A stretch of DNA of 64,000 nucleotides from NCBI GenBank assembly GCA_963748815.1, contig CAVVKJ010000007.1, positions 46,941 through 110,940 of the forward strand, written 5' to 3'. Origin of the DNA: an uncultured Gemmatimonadales bacterium (GTDB lineage: Bacteria; Gemmatimonadota; Gemmatimonadetes; Gemmatimonadales; GWC2-71-9). Position numbers and translations under genes: made by a program. This document shows positions 18,459 to 29,426 of the stretch, in pieces. The notes under the pieces are model-generated. The model was not told where the DNA came from and made no database searches. It saw only the letters and a list, made by a program, of their open reading frames with translations. Each line of letters opens with the position of its first letter. Position 1 is the stretch's first letter.

Positions 18459-21400
18459 ATGCGAATGACCGCTCCCTTCCGTGCGCTCATCATCGACGAC
18501 AACGAACACGAGCGAACGCTCCTCGCCGCCGCCCTGGCGGAGGCCGGAGGGTTCGAGGTGGTCGCCCCGGCCGGGGCCCTGGCCTTCGTGGACCTCCCCG
18601 CGACGCACCGCTTCGACGGGGTGCTGCTCGCCCTCGAGTTCGCCGAGTGCGGCTGGGCCGACCTGCTGCCGGCGGTGCGTGAGCGTTGGCCGGAGGCAGC
18701 CATCGTGGTCCTGGCCGATGGGGCGGACACCGAGACGATTGCGGAGGCCATGCGGGCCGGCGCCGACGACTATCTGCTGCGGCACGCCGACGACACGCGC
18801 CGGGTGGGCCTGGCCTTGCGGGCCGCCCTGGACTGGGCCCGCGAGCGAAGTCAGTCGCAGCAGCTGCAGGGCCGGCTGCGGCGCCTGCTGGACGACACCC
18901 ATGTCGGCGTCTTCCGCTCCGACCTGCGGGGCCGCCCCGTCGAGGCGAACGCGGCCACCCTCCACATCCTCGGCTACGCCTCCCTCGAAGAGATGCAGCG
19001 CACGCCGATCGAGCAGCGGTACGAGCGCCCCGAGGACCGTGAGCAGATGATCGCCCAGATCCGCCAATTCGGGGGGGTTCGCGACTTCGAGGTGGGCATG
19101 CTCCGGGCGGACGGGACGCCGATGCGGGTCTCGCTCAGCATCCGCCTCGACGGCCCGGAGATGATGGACGGGCTCGTGGAGGACGTGACCGAGCGGCACC
19201 GGGCGCAGGAATCGCTCCGGCGCTCCGAGGCGGAGATGCGGGCGCTGCTGACAGCGCTGCCCGATCTCGTCATGATGTTCGATCGCCACGGGCGGTATCT
19301 CCAGATCGCCCCCAACCATCCCGAGCTCCTGGTCCGCCCCGCGACCGAGATGCTCGGCAGGAACGTACGGGAGTTCCTCCCATCCGACCTCGCCGAGCTG
19401 GCGATTCGGCTCATCGGCGAAGCGCTCGCCGCCGGCACGACCGTCTCGCACGACTATCACCTCGATCTCGACGGGGAGACGCGCTGGTTCCACGGCTCGT
19501 TCACGCCGGTGGGACCCGACAGCGTGCTCGTCGTCGCCCGCGACATCACGACGGAGCGGGCGGCGCGGCGCCAGCGCGAGGCGGACGAGGAGCGGTTCCG
19601 CGCCCTGATCGAGAACAGCCGCGACGCGATCACCCTCCTGAGCGCCGACGGGACGGTCGTCTTTCAGTCCCCGTCGGCGACCCGGATCACCGGATACGAA
19701 CCGGCGGACGTCGTCGGGGTCAGCGCCTTCTCGCTGATTCACCCCGAGGATCTTCCCGCGGCGCTCGCCACCCTCCAGCAGGCGCTTGATGCGCCGGGCC
19801 AGGCGGTGCGCGTGACGCATCGCATCCGCCACAAGCACGACGGCTGGCGCGATTACGAAGTCGATGGCGTCAACTGGCTCGCGCATCCGTCCATCGGCGC
19901 GCTCGTCCTCAATTACCGCGATGTCACGGAGCGAATCGCGAGCGAGCGGGCGGCGCGGGAGAGCGCCGAGCGGCTCGACCTGGCGCTGGAGGCGGCGGGC
20001 GGCGCCGCCTGGGACTGGGACCTCAGTTCGGGCGAGGTCGCGTTCACGCCGCGCTGGGCGCTCCTCCTCGGCTTCGAGCCGGGGGAAATCGGCAACGACC
20101 TCACTGAGTGGGAACGCCGGCTCCATCCGGACGACGAGGGCGCCGTCGCGCGTGCGCGCGAGGCGCACGTCGGCGGGCTGAAGCCGGTCTACGAAGTCGA
20201 GCACCGACTCCGTGCCCGGGACGGGAGCTGGACCTGGGTGCTGGACCGGGGCCGGGTCGTCGAGTGGGACGCGGAGGGGCGCCCGCGCCGGATGGTCGGG
20301 ATCATGACCGACCTCTCGGAGCGCAAGCGCCTCGAGGCCCAGCTCGCCCAGGCGCAGAAGATGGAGGCGGTCGGGCAGCTGGCAGGCGGCATCGCCCACG
20401 ACTTCAACAACGTGCTGACCGCCATCCTGAGCACCAGCGAACTGATCCTGCTCGAACTCGACCCGACGGACCCGCACCGGGAAGACCTCGAGGAGATCAA
20501 ACGGTCGGCCAACCGGGCCGCGGCGCTGACGCGGCAGCTGCTGGCGTATTCTCGCCGGCAGGTGCTGCAACCACGGGTGACTGACCTCAACAGCGTCGTC
20601 GCCAACGTGGACCGGATGCTCCGCCGGCTTCTCGGCGAACAGGTGACGCTCGTCCAGTCTCTCGACCCGGAGCTCGGCCGCGTCCGGGCGGACCGGGGAC
20701 AGATCGAGCAGATCCTCGTCAACCTCACCATGAACGCCAGCGACGCGATGCCGGCTGGCGGAAAGCTCACGATCGCCACCGCCAACGCCGACGTCGTCCT
20801 CGACGATGCCGGCCCGGCCGTGACGGGGCCCTACGTCATGCTGGGGGTGAGCGACACCGGCATCGGCATGGACGACGCCACGCGGAACCACATCTTCGAG
20901 CCGTTCTTCACCACGAAGGGCCGCGGCCAGGGGCACGGGACTGGGCCTCGCCACGGTGTACGGCATCGTGCGCCAGAGCGGTGGCGTGATCCGCGTGACC
21001 AGCGAGCCCGGCGCCGGGGCCACGTTCCGGATCTTCCTCCCCAGGGTGGAGGACGAGATCGAACCGGAGACCCCGCTCCCCGCCGCGGGGCTCGAGACCG
21101 CCAGCCGCGGACCCGCCGGCACGATCCTGCTCGTCGAGGACGAGGAGGCGGTGCGTCGGCTCGGCAAGCGCATCCTCGAGCAGGAGGGGTATTCGGTCCT
21201 CGTGGCGGAGCACGCGACGGAAGCGATGGCCGTGGCCGCGGCCCACCACGGGCCCGATCGAACTCCTGGTCACCGACGTCGTCATGCCGGGGCGCTCGGG
21301 GGTGGAGCTGGCGCGAGATCTCGACGCGGTGCGCCCCGGCATCCCCGTCCTCTTCACCAGCGGGTATCCGGAAACCACCCGGGGCCGGTGGCAGCCACCG

Positions 21401-21493
21401 GAAGGATGGGGTGCCTTCCTGCAGAAGCCGTTCACTCCCACCGAACTGGTGGAAGCCGTCCGCGCGGTCACCCACGCCGCGAAATCCGCCTGA
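18459..21493 (+). CDS. Hybrid sensor histidine kinase REC-(PAS)x4-HisKA-HATPase-REC (+1 frameshifts near 20930 and 21254)
   Basis: QKMEAVGQLAGGIAHDFNN, NASDAM, DTGIG, FEPFFTTK, GLGLATVYG, ILLVEDE, TDVVMPG, FLQKPF. Confidence 0.92.
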
Positions 21494-22455
21494 TGGACAA
21501 TCTCTGCCATACGCTGGTCGGCGCCGCCCTCGCGCAGTCCGGACTCAAGAAGTGCTCCGCGCTCGGCACCGCCACGCTGCTCATCGCCGCCAACCTGCCG
21601 GATGTGGATGCCTTCAGCCTGCTCTGGGGCAGGACGGCGGGCTTCGCGTTCCGGCGCGGGATCACCCATGGCGTGGTGGCGATGGCCCTGTGGCCGTTCC
21701 TGCTTGCGGCGCTCATGGTGGCGTTCGACCGGCTGGGGAAGCGGCGAGGCGCGCACTTCTGGCCGCTGGCGGGGCTCGCGGCGATCGGGGTGATCAGTCA
21801 CCCCCTCCTCGACCTGCTGAACACCTACGGCGTCCGATGGTTGATGCCGTTTTCGGACCGGTGGTACTACGGCGACACGCTCTTCATCATCGATGTCTGG
21901 GTGTGGCTGATGCTGGGGGCGGGAGTCCTGTTCAGCGTGCGCCGCGAGCGTCGTGGCGCCGCGAACTGGAGCATGCCGGCACGGGCCGCGCTCGGAGCCG
22001 CCACGGCGTACACGGCCGGGATGTTTGTGCTGGGCCGCCTCGCGGTGTCCCAGGTCCGATTCGAGCTTGCCGCCGCCGGGGTGCCGGTCCGGCGCGTCCT
22101 GGCCTCGCCGATACCGGTGACACCAGCCGTCCGGGATGTCGTCGCGGATGAGGGCGACGGGTATGTGGTGGGGCGCATCGGGGTCGGCGGCAACTTCGTC
22201 CCGGCGGGGCATTGGCCGAAGCGGGATCCCCTCGACGACGAGGCCGACCCCGGCATCTCGATCGCCGCCTCGACGCCGGCCGCAGTGACCTTCCTCCAGT
22301 GGGCGCGGTATCCGACCTACGTCGTCGATCGGCGAGGGGGCGGCGTGGTCGTGCACTTCATCGACCTGCGCTATGCGAGGAGTCCCGACGCCGGGTTCGG
22401 AACTCTCAGCGTGCCGGTTCCCACCGGCCAGCTGGCGGCGGCGCCCCTGCCCTGA
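21493..22455 (+). CDS. Membrane-bound metal-dependent hydrolase (YdjM/DUF457-like)
   Basis: MDNLCHTLVG, ANLPDVD, RRGITH, SHPLLDLLNTYG; TGATG coupling. Confidence 0.85.
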   Translation: MDNLCHTLVGAALAQSGLKKCSALGTATLLIAANLPDVDAFSLLWGRTAGFAFRRGITHGVVAMALWPFLLAALMVAFDRLGKRRGAHFWPLAGLAAIGVISHPLLDLLNTYGVRWLMPFSDRWYYGDTLFIIDVWVWLMLGAGVLFSVRRERRGAANWSMPARAALGAATAYTAGMFVLGRLAVSQVRFELAAAGVPVRRVLASPIPVTPAVRDVVADEGDGYVVGRIGVGGNFVPAGHWPKRDPLDDEADPGISIAASTPAAVTFLQWARYPTYVVDRRGGGVVVHFIDLRYARSPDAGFGTLSVPVPTGQLAAAPLP

Positions 22456-22473
22456 GCGCGAGGCGCTCCGGCG

Positions 22474-23169
22474 TCATCGTCCCGCCCGTTCCTCCAGCAC
22501 CGGCCGCAGCGCCGTCCAGACCAGCGCCGCCACCCGGCGCTGACCCGCCGCGGTCGGGTGAATTCCGTCCGCCTGGTTGAGGGAGTCGATCCCCCCTACC
22601 CCCTCCAGCAGGAACGGCACCAGCGGCACGTCGAGCTCGGCGGACACCTCCTGGTACACGGCGCGGAATCGGGTGGTGTACTCCGCCCCGAGGTTGGGGG
22701 GCGCCTCCATGCCGAGGAGCAGGATGGCCGGCGGAGGGTTCTGCTGCCGAGCGCGGAGGATGATCGCCTCGATGTTGGCCCGGACCGAATCGGGGGTGAG
22801 GCCCCGGAGACCGTCGTTGGCCCCGGTCTCGACGATCAGCACCGCGACCGGCTGCCGCAGCAGCCAGTCCACCCGTTGCCGGGCGCCGGCAGAGGTCTCA
22901 CCGCTCACGCCCCGATTCTCCACCCGATAGTGCAGGCCCGCCGAGTCGATCATCTGCTGCAATACCGCGGGGTAGGCGTCGTCGGGATCGAGCCCGAGGC
23001 CCGCCGTCAGGCTGGTGCCCACGACCAGCACCAGCGGCACGGTCGGAACGTTCGTCGCGACGCCGTCGGCTGGCTTCGGCGTCTCGGGACCGCCGCATCC
23101 CGCGAGTGAGGCGAGCAGGAGCACACCGGCCGCCGAGTGGAGTATCATTCGGGAAATCGACATCGTCAT
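22474..23169 (-). CDS. tesA: Arylesterase/acyl-CoA thioesterase I (SGNH family), probable lipoprotein
   Basis: GTSLTAG, GVSGETS, GANDGLRG, DGIHP; lipobox LAGC; divergent from the ybbA/ybbP-like ABC pair as in E. coli. Confidence 0.85.
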   Translation of the reverse strand: MTMSISRMILHSAAGVLLLASLAGCGGPETPKPADGVATNVPTVPLVLVVGTSLTAGLGLDPDDAYPAVLQQMIDSAGLHYRVENRGVSGETSAGARQRVDWLLRQPVAVLIVETGANDGLRGLTPDSVRANIEAIILRARQQNPPPAILLLGMEAPPNLGAEYTTRFRAVYQEVSAELDVPLVPFLLEGVGGIDSLNQADGIHPTAAGQRRVAALVWTALRPVLEERAGR

Positions 23170-23179
23170 TGGAGTCCAG

Positions 23180-23848
23180 ATGCTGCGTTGTGAAAACCTG
23201 ACCCAGTCGTACCGATCGGGCGCCGGTGCGCTGACGGTGCTGCAAGATATCAGCTTCGCGGTGACGGCCGGCGAGTTCGTCGCCATCGTGGGCCCGTCGG
23301 GAAGCGGCAAGACGACGCTGCTCGGGCTCCTCGCCGGGCTGGACCGGCCCGCGGCCGGCGAGGTCTGGCTGGACGGCGAGCGCCTGAGCGTGCTCGACGA
23401 AGACCAGCGCGCCGCGCTCCGCGGCGCCAAGGTCGGGTTCGTCTTCCAGGCCTACCAGCTGATTCCGACTCTCACGGCGCTCGAGAATGTGCAGGTCCCG
23501 CTGGAACTCCGGGGGGAGTCCGATCCGGCCCGGGCCCGGGCGCTTCTGGAGCGGGTGGGCCTCGGCGACCGCACCGGGCACTACCCGGCCCAGCTCTCCG
23601 GCGGTGAGCAGCAGCGGGTGGCGCTGGCGCGGGCGTTCTGCACCCGACCGAAGATTCTCTTCGCGGACGAACCGACCGGCAACCTCGACCAGCGCACCGG
23701 CGCGGGGATCATCGACCTGATGACTGACCTCAACCGCGAGGCGGGCACGACGCTCGTGCTGGTCACGCACGACCCGGACCTGGCCGGGCGGGCCCGGCGC
23801 ATCCTCCGGCTCGCCGACGGCCGCCTCGTCTCGGACGCGCCCGCGTGA
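23180..23848 (+). CDS. ybbA: ABC transporter ATP-binding protein (YbbA/LolD-like)
   Basis: GPSGSGKTT, LSGGEQQRVALARA, ADEPTGNLD, VTHD. Confidence 0.88.
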   Translation: MLRCENLTQSYRSGAGALTVLQDISFAVTAGEFVAIVGPSGSGKTTLLGLLAGLDRPAAGEVWLDGERLSVLDEDQRAALRGAKVGFVFQAYQLIPTLTALENVQVPLELRGESDPARARALLERVGLGDRTGHYPAQLSGGEQQRVALARAFCTRPKILFADEPTGNLDQRTGAGIIDLMTDLNREAGTTLVLVTHDPDLAGRARRILRLADGRLVSDAPA

Positions 23849-26409
23849 CCCTGCGCGCTTTCCTGCGACTGGCCTGGCGCGAGGGGCGCGCCTCCCGGCG
23901 CCGCATGCTCCTCCTGGTGGCCGCCATCGCCACCGGCACGGCGGCGCTGGTGGCCATCAACTCCTTCACGGCCAATCTCCGGACCTCGGTGGCCGGCGAA
24001 GCCCGCAGCCTCCTCGGCGCCGACCTGACGCTGGCGTCCCGGTCGGCGCCGAGCGATTCCCTGCTCCACCTTGCCGATTCGCTCGCCTGCGGCGGCTCCC
24101 CCGCCTGCGACAGGCGCTCCGTCGTCACCACCTTCGGGTCCATGGGGTACGTGCCCTCGCGGTCCGGCGTGCGCCTGGTGCGAGTCACCGCCGTCGAGGG
24201 AAGCTGGCCGTACTTCGGGAAGATCACGACGTCGCCCGCGGACGCGTGGCCCCGGCTCCAGGCGGACCGCATTGCTTTGGTCGACCCCGCTTTCCTGACG
24301 GCGCTCGGCGCCACGGTCGGGGACACACTCGCGCTCGGGAGCCTGCGCGTGCCGATCGTCGGCACGGTGGATCATGTGCCCGGCGATGTCGGGATCGCCA
24401 CCGCCTTCGGCCCGCGGGTGTTCATTCCCGGCGGACTCGTCGCTGAAACGGGGCTGCTCGGCTTCGGCGCGCGGGCGGAGTACGACATCTATCTCCAGCT
24501 GCCGGCCGGCGCCGACGCGCAGGCGATCGCCGACACTCTGAAGCCACGGCTCCGGCCCGACCGGGTGCGGGTCCGCACCGTGCAGGACGAACAGCGCAAC
24601 CTCGGCAACGCCCTGGAGCGGCTGGGCCGGTTTCTCGGCCTTGTGGCGCTCGTGGCGCTGCTGCTTGGCGGACTCGGAGTCGGCAGCGCGGTCCATGTCC
24701 TGATCCGGCAGAAGATGGACACCATCGCCGTCCTCCGATGCCTCGGCGGGAGTTCCCGGCAGGTCTTCGGACTGTTCCTGGTGCAGGCGGCGGGCATCGG
24801 CCTGCTCGGGAGCACGCTCGGGGCCGCCTTCGGACTCGCCATCCAGCAGTTGCTGCCGCGTGTCCTCGGGGAATTTCTCCCGGTGACCGTGCTCCCCACC
24901 GTGTCCTGGCCGGCACTCGCCATCGGCCTGGGGCTGGGACTCTGGACCGCGATGGCCTTCGCGCTGATTCCGCTCCTCTCGGTCAGGAAGATCTCTCCCC
25001 TGGCCACGCTGCGCCGCCCCTACGACGCGGAGCGCCGGGCACCGCGGGATCGCTGGACGATCGCCGCGGCCGTCGTGCTGATGCTGAGCGTCGTGGGCAT
25101 GGCGATGGTGCAGGCCGGGAATCCGTGGCGCGGCGCCGCCTTCGCCGCCGGCATTGGCGTGGCGCTGGTGGGACTCTGGCTCTCGGCGTTCACCCTGGTA
25201 CGCGGCCTCCGACGGTGGTTTCCCCGCCGCCTGGCGTACGTGTGGCGCCAGGGGCTCGCCAACCTCTACCGGCCCGCCAACCAGACGGTGTCGGTGGTGC
25301 TCTCGCTCGGGATTCGGCACGTTCCTGCTCGCGACGCTCCTGCTGGTGCAGCACAACCTGCTCCGGTCGCTGCGGGTGGACGGGAGTTCGAAGCGCCCCA
25401 ACCTGATTCTCTTCGACATCCAGCCCGACCAGGCGTCCGGCGTGGACTCGCTCCTCAAGGATCGCGGACTCGACCCGGCCCCCGCCGTGCCGATGGTCCC
25501 GATGCGCATTCAGTCCATCGGCGGCAAGACCGTCCAGGACTATTCTCGCGACACCACCGAGGTCGATGGCCGGCCGGCGGGGTGGGCGCTCCGGCGCGAG
25601 TACCGGTCCACCTATCGCGATTCGATCGTGTCGAGCGAGCGCATCGTGCTCGGGACGTGGTGGGAACCGGGCCTCGATTCCGCCGGCGCGCCGGTATCCA
25701 TCTCTGTCGAGGTGGGGCTGGCCGAGGAGCTCGGGGTCAGCCTCGGTGATGAGATCACCTGGGATGTGCAGGGGGTGCCGATCCCGAGCCGGGTGACCAG
25801 CCTCCGCGAAGTGGACTGGGCGCGGTTCGAGACGAATTTCTTCGTGGTATTCCGGCCGGGGGCGCTCGAGGCGGCGCCGCAGACGCTGGTGACGCTGGTC
25901 CGGGTGGACAGCGCGTCGGAACGCGGACTCATCCAGCGCGCGGTGGTCGAGCGCTACGCCAACATTTCGGCACTCGACCTCTCCACCGTGCAGCGGGCGC
26001 TCGACGACATCCTCGGCAAGGTCGGCGCGGCTATCCGGTTCATGGCGTTCTTCACCCTGGCGGCCGGGCTCGTGGTGCTGCTGGGGTCGCTCGCCACCAG
26101 CCGGGCGCAGCGGCTCCGGGAGACGGTGCTCCTCAAGACGCTCGGGGCCAGCCGGGCGCAGGTGACGCGCGTGGCGGTGTCGGAGTACCTCGCGCTCGGC
26201 GCGCTGTCGGCGCTGGCCGGGTCTGGTCCTGGCGCTGGGAAGCGGATGGGCGCTGGCGCACTGGCTCTTCGAAACCCGGTTCGCGCTCCCCGGCCTCGCC
26301 GATGCTCCTGCTCGCGGCGGGCGTCGTGGCGCTGACGGTCGGCGTGGGGCTCTGGAGCTCGGTGGACCTCTTCCGGCGCACGCCGCTGGATGCGCTGCGG
26401 AACGAATAG
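23845..26409 (+). CDS. ybbP: FtsX/MacB-type ABC permease (YbbP-like; +1 frameshifts near 25310, 26220, 26290)
   Basis: [36 protein letters not shown]...[14 protein letters not shown]; restored ending ...TPLDALRNE* at 26409. Confidence 0.85.
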
Positions 26410-26477
26410 CCGGCTTCTTACCCCGCCCTCCGGGCCGCAGTATCTTACGACCATCCTCAAACAGGTGGACTCTCCGG

Positions 26478-27392
26478 ATGCTTCCAATCGACCTGCGCGG
26501 CAAGCGCGCCTTCGTGGCCGGTGTCTCCGACGACGGCGGGTTCGGCTTCGCCATCGCCAAGTCGCTCGCCGAGGCGGGCGCCTCGGTCTGCCTCGGCTCC
26601 TGGCCCCCCGCGCTCGGCATCTTCCAGAAGCTGCTCGAACGCGGGAAGATGGACGCGTCGATGGCCCTGGCCGACGGCCGCAAGCTGGAGTTCGAACGGA
26701 TCTATCCGCTGGACGCGGCATTCGACTCGATGGCCGACGTCCCCGCCGACATCCGGGACAGCAAGCGCTACAAGGAGCACGGAGACTTCTCGATCCAGGG
26801 CGTCGTGGAGCAGTTCCGGAAGGACTTCGGCGAACGGCCGCTCGACATCGTGGTCCATTCGCTGGCCAACGGGCCCGAGGTCAAGAACCAGCTCCTCGAC
26901 ACCTCCCGGGCGGGGTACCTCGCGGCGGTGAGCGTGAGCGCCTACAGCAACGTCTCGTTCGTCCGGAACTTCGGGCCGCTGATGCGCGACGGCGGCTCGT
27001 TCCTCTCGCTCACCTACATGGCCGGAGAGCGGGCCATCCCCGGCTACGGCGGCGGGATGAGCACCGCCAAGGCGGCGCTCGAGGCCGACACCCGCACGCT
27101 CGCGTATGAGGCGGGCCGCCGGTTCGGCATCCGGATCAACACCATCTCCGCCGGCCCGTACGCGTCGCGCGCCGCGTCGGCCATCGGGTTCATCGACATG
27201 ATGATCAACTACTGCTCCAGCAACGCCCCACTCACCCGGAAGATGGAGGCGAGCGACGTCGGCAACACCGCGGCATTCCTGGCCAGCCCGATGGCGGCCG
27301 CCATTACCGGCAGCGTGGTCTACGTGGACAACGGCTACCACGCCATGGGGATGGCCGTCTCCCCTGAGGCGCTCACCACCCCCGCGGGCTGA
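26478..27392 (+). CDS. fabI: Enoyl-ACP reductase (plant/chlamydial-like FabI)
   Basis: [46 protein letters not shown]. Confidence 0.9.
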   Translation: MLPIDLRGKRAFVAGVSDDGGFGFAIAKSLAEAGASVCLGSWPPALGIFQKLLERGKMDASMALADGRKLEFERIYPLDAAFDSMADVPADIRDSKRYKEHGDFSIQGVVEQFRKDFGERPLDIVVHSLANGPEVKNQLLDTSRAGYLAAVSVSAYSNVSFVRNFGPLMRDGGSFLSLTYMAGERAIPGYGGGMSTAKAALEADTRTLAYEAGRRFGIRINTISAGPYASRAASAIGFIDMMINYCSSNAPLTRKMEASDVGNTAAFLASPMAAAITGSVVYVDNGYHAMGMAVSPEALTTPAG

Positions 27393-27397
27393 CCGCG

Positions 27398-28067
27398 ATG
27401 TTCATCGGTCACTACGGACTGGCGCTCGCGCTCAAACGCGCGGAACCGAAGATTTCGCTCGGCACGCTGTTCGTCGCGACCCAACTGGTCGATATCGCCT
27501 GGGGCGCCACGATCCTCCTCGGCTGGGAACGGGTCAGCATCCATCCGGGCTGGACCGCCGCCACGCCACTCCAGTTTGTGTCCTACCCCATCACGCACAG
27601 CCTCCTGGCGGCCGGCCTCTGGGCCGCCGCCGCGGCCATCGCCTGGTACACCTGGCCCACCAAGGACTCCAGCGGGCACGGCCGGGCCGCCCTGATCGTC
27701 GCGCTCGCCGTCGCCTCGCACTGGTTCCTCGACGCGGTGGTCCACATTCCCGACCTTCCGATCACCAACGACGAGTCCCTGAAGGTCGGACTCGGTATCT
27801 GGAACAGCATCCCGCTGACGTTCACGATCGAACTCGCGCTCCTCGGGCTGGGCCTCGCCCTCTACCTGAGCGGGGGGAGCCGGAACCACCCGGTGCGGCG
27901 CTGGTGGGCGGTCGGGTTCGCCGTGGTCCTCGCCGCGGCCTACATCGCCACGACGCTGGGGCCGCCACCGCCGAGCGTCCGCGCCGTCGGCATCGGCGCC
28001 ATCGCCTCGCTCCTGATCCTCGCCGCGCTGGGCGGCTGGATCGACCGCGGCCGCGCGAGCCCGCTAG
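27398..28067 (+). CDS. Integral membrane protein, metal-dependent-hydrolase-like (probable +1 frameshift near 28049)
   Basis: MFIGH, YPITHSL, SHWFLDAVVHIPDL, GLGIWN; TAG at 28065-28067 is one frame off, just before the next gene. Confidence 0.75.
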
Positions 28068-28076
28068 GAACGCTTC

Positions 28077-28448
28077 GTGTCACCGCGATTCTTCCGACTC
28101 GGCGCGCTGTCAGCGTTTCTTGCCGTCGGCGCGGGCGCCTTCGGCGCCCACGCCCTCCGCGCCCGGCTCGATCCGGGGATGTTGCTGGTGTTCGAAACGG
28201 GGGCGCGGTACCAGATGTACCACGCCCTCGGACTGCTGGCCGTCGCGTGGGCGGTGGCGCAGTGGCCGGGCCGGCTCGCGACGGCGGCCGGCTGGTGTTT
28301 CGTCGCGGGCACCGTGCTCTTTTCGGGGAGTCTCTACGCCATGGCCCTCACGGGCGAGCGCGCCCTCGGCGCGATCACGCCGCTGGGTGGAGTCGCCTTC
28401 CTCGCCGGTTGGCTCTGCCTGGCGCTCGCGGCGCGCCGCGAGGGATGA
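28077..28448 (+). CDS. DUF423 (YgdD/TMEM256) small membrane protein
   Basis: GAFGAH, FETGARYQMYH, LFSGSLY, GAITPLGG. Confidence 0.92.
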   Translation: MSPRFFRLGALSAFLAVGAGAFGAHALRARLDPGMLLVFETGARYQMYHALGLLAVAWAVAQWPGRLATAAGWCFVAGTVLFSGSLYAMALTGERALGAITPLGGVAFLAGWLCLALAARREG

Positions 28449-29080
28449 ACTCCGCCGCCGTTCGCTATCGCACCCTCCTCGAAACGCTCGACGCCTGGAC
28501 CGCCGCCGCCCATCGACGGCATCCCGGCGTCATTCCCTGTGCCCGTGGCTGTACCTCCTGCTGCCACGGCCCTTTCGACATTTCCGTCGCCGACCTGCTC
28601 CTCCTGCGGGAGACCGTCGCCGACCTGCCTCCCGGTCCGCGCGCGGCCCTGCGCGCCCGCGCCGAGGCTGCCGCGGCACGGCAACTGGCGCTGGCACCCG
28701 ACTGGGAGGCACCCTACGACGTCCGGATGCTGGGTGAGGCGCGGTTCGACGCCCTTTGCGAATCGCTGGCCGCGGAGCCCTGCCCCTGCCTGGAAGACGG
28801 CGCCTGCGTGGTCTACGAAGGGCGGCCGGCGGTCTGTCGGATGATGGGGCTGGGCCTCGAGGCGCCGGATGACCGGAGGCTGGCCAACGGATGCCCCATT
28901 CAATCGGAGTTTCCCGCCTACGCCGCGCTTCCAGCACAGCCCTTTGACCTGCCAGCCTTCGAGGAAACGGAAGAGGCCTGCCTCGTGGAGGCAGGCCTCA
29001 TGCTGTTTGATTCGGTGGAGGCGACCGGCCATGAAACGACCATCGCCCTGGCGCTCGGGAGTCAGATTCCCCGATCGTGA
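28445..29080 (+). CDS. YkgJ family cysteine-cluster protein
   Basis: CARGCTSCC...CPCL...CVVYEGRPAVCR; ATGA overlap. Confidence 0.85.
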   Translation: MNSAAVRYRTLLETLDAWTAAAHRRHPGVIPCARGCTSCCHGPFDISVADLLLLRETVADLPPGPRAALRARAEAAAARQLALAPDWEAPYDVRMLGEARFDALCESLAAEPCPCLEDGACVVYEGRPAVCRMMGLGLEAPDDRRLANGCPIQSEFPAYAALPAQPFDLPAFEETEEACLVEAGLMLFDSVEATGHETTIALALGSQIPRS

Positions 29081-29388
29081 AAGGTCGTCAACCGCGCGGG
29101 CAGGTTTCTCGGCTCAGTCTGCACCAGGCGGCCAAGGGGCGACACCCAGATCGTGACCGACTTCGCCCCGGGGATGACGGTCGGCCCGAAAGTGAATCTC
29201 CACACCACGGGATGGTCCCGCAGTTCCGGAGCCCCCTGCCACAGCAACTCCGCCGACCGCTCTCCCATCTTGGGCGGAGGCGCACCGAGCAGCCTGCCGA
29301 CGGCGGAATAGGCCGCCGCATACGATGCGCCGACGAGCATCGCGCCGATGAAGGCGGTGACGATGAGGTACCAGAGCAGGCGTGCCAT
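29062..29388 (-). CDS. Hypothetical protein with N-terminal TM
   Basis: RBS GGAGG, hydrophobic N-terminus, fills the gap between recognisable genes. Confidence 0.65.
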   Translation of the reverse strand: MARLLWYLIVTAFIGAMLVGASYAAAYSAVGRLLGAPPPKMGERSAELLWQGAPELRDHPVVWRFTFGPTVIPGAKSVTIWVSPLGRLVQTEPRNLPARLTTFHDRGI

Positions 29389-29426
29389 CGAACCTCCCGG
29401 GCGGGGGTTGCTCGGCCGCCAGCCGA

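Noticed and set aside
18429..22455. Histidine kinase lacking a G2 box, or a REC-hydrolase fusion (ORFs 18429-22151 and 20956-22455)
   Set aside because: Two +1 frameshifts explain both; the corrected kinase ends at 21493 where the hydrolase starts
27398..29080. 560-aa membrane protein-YkgJ fusion
   Set aside because: The read-through spans a clear DUF423 gene in another frame; a stop sits one frame off at 28065
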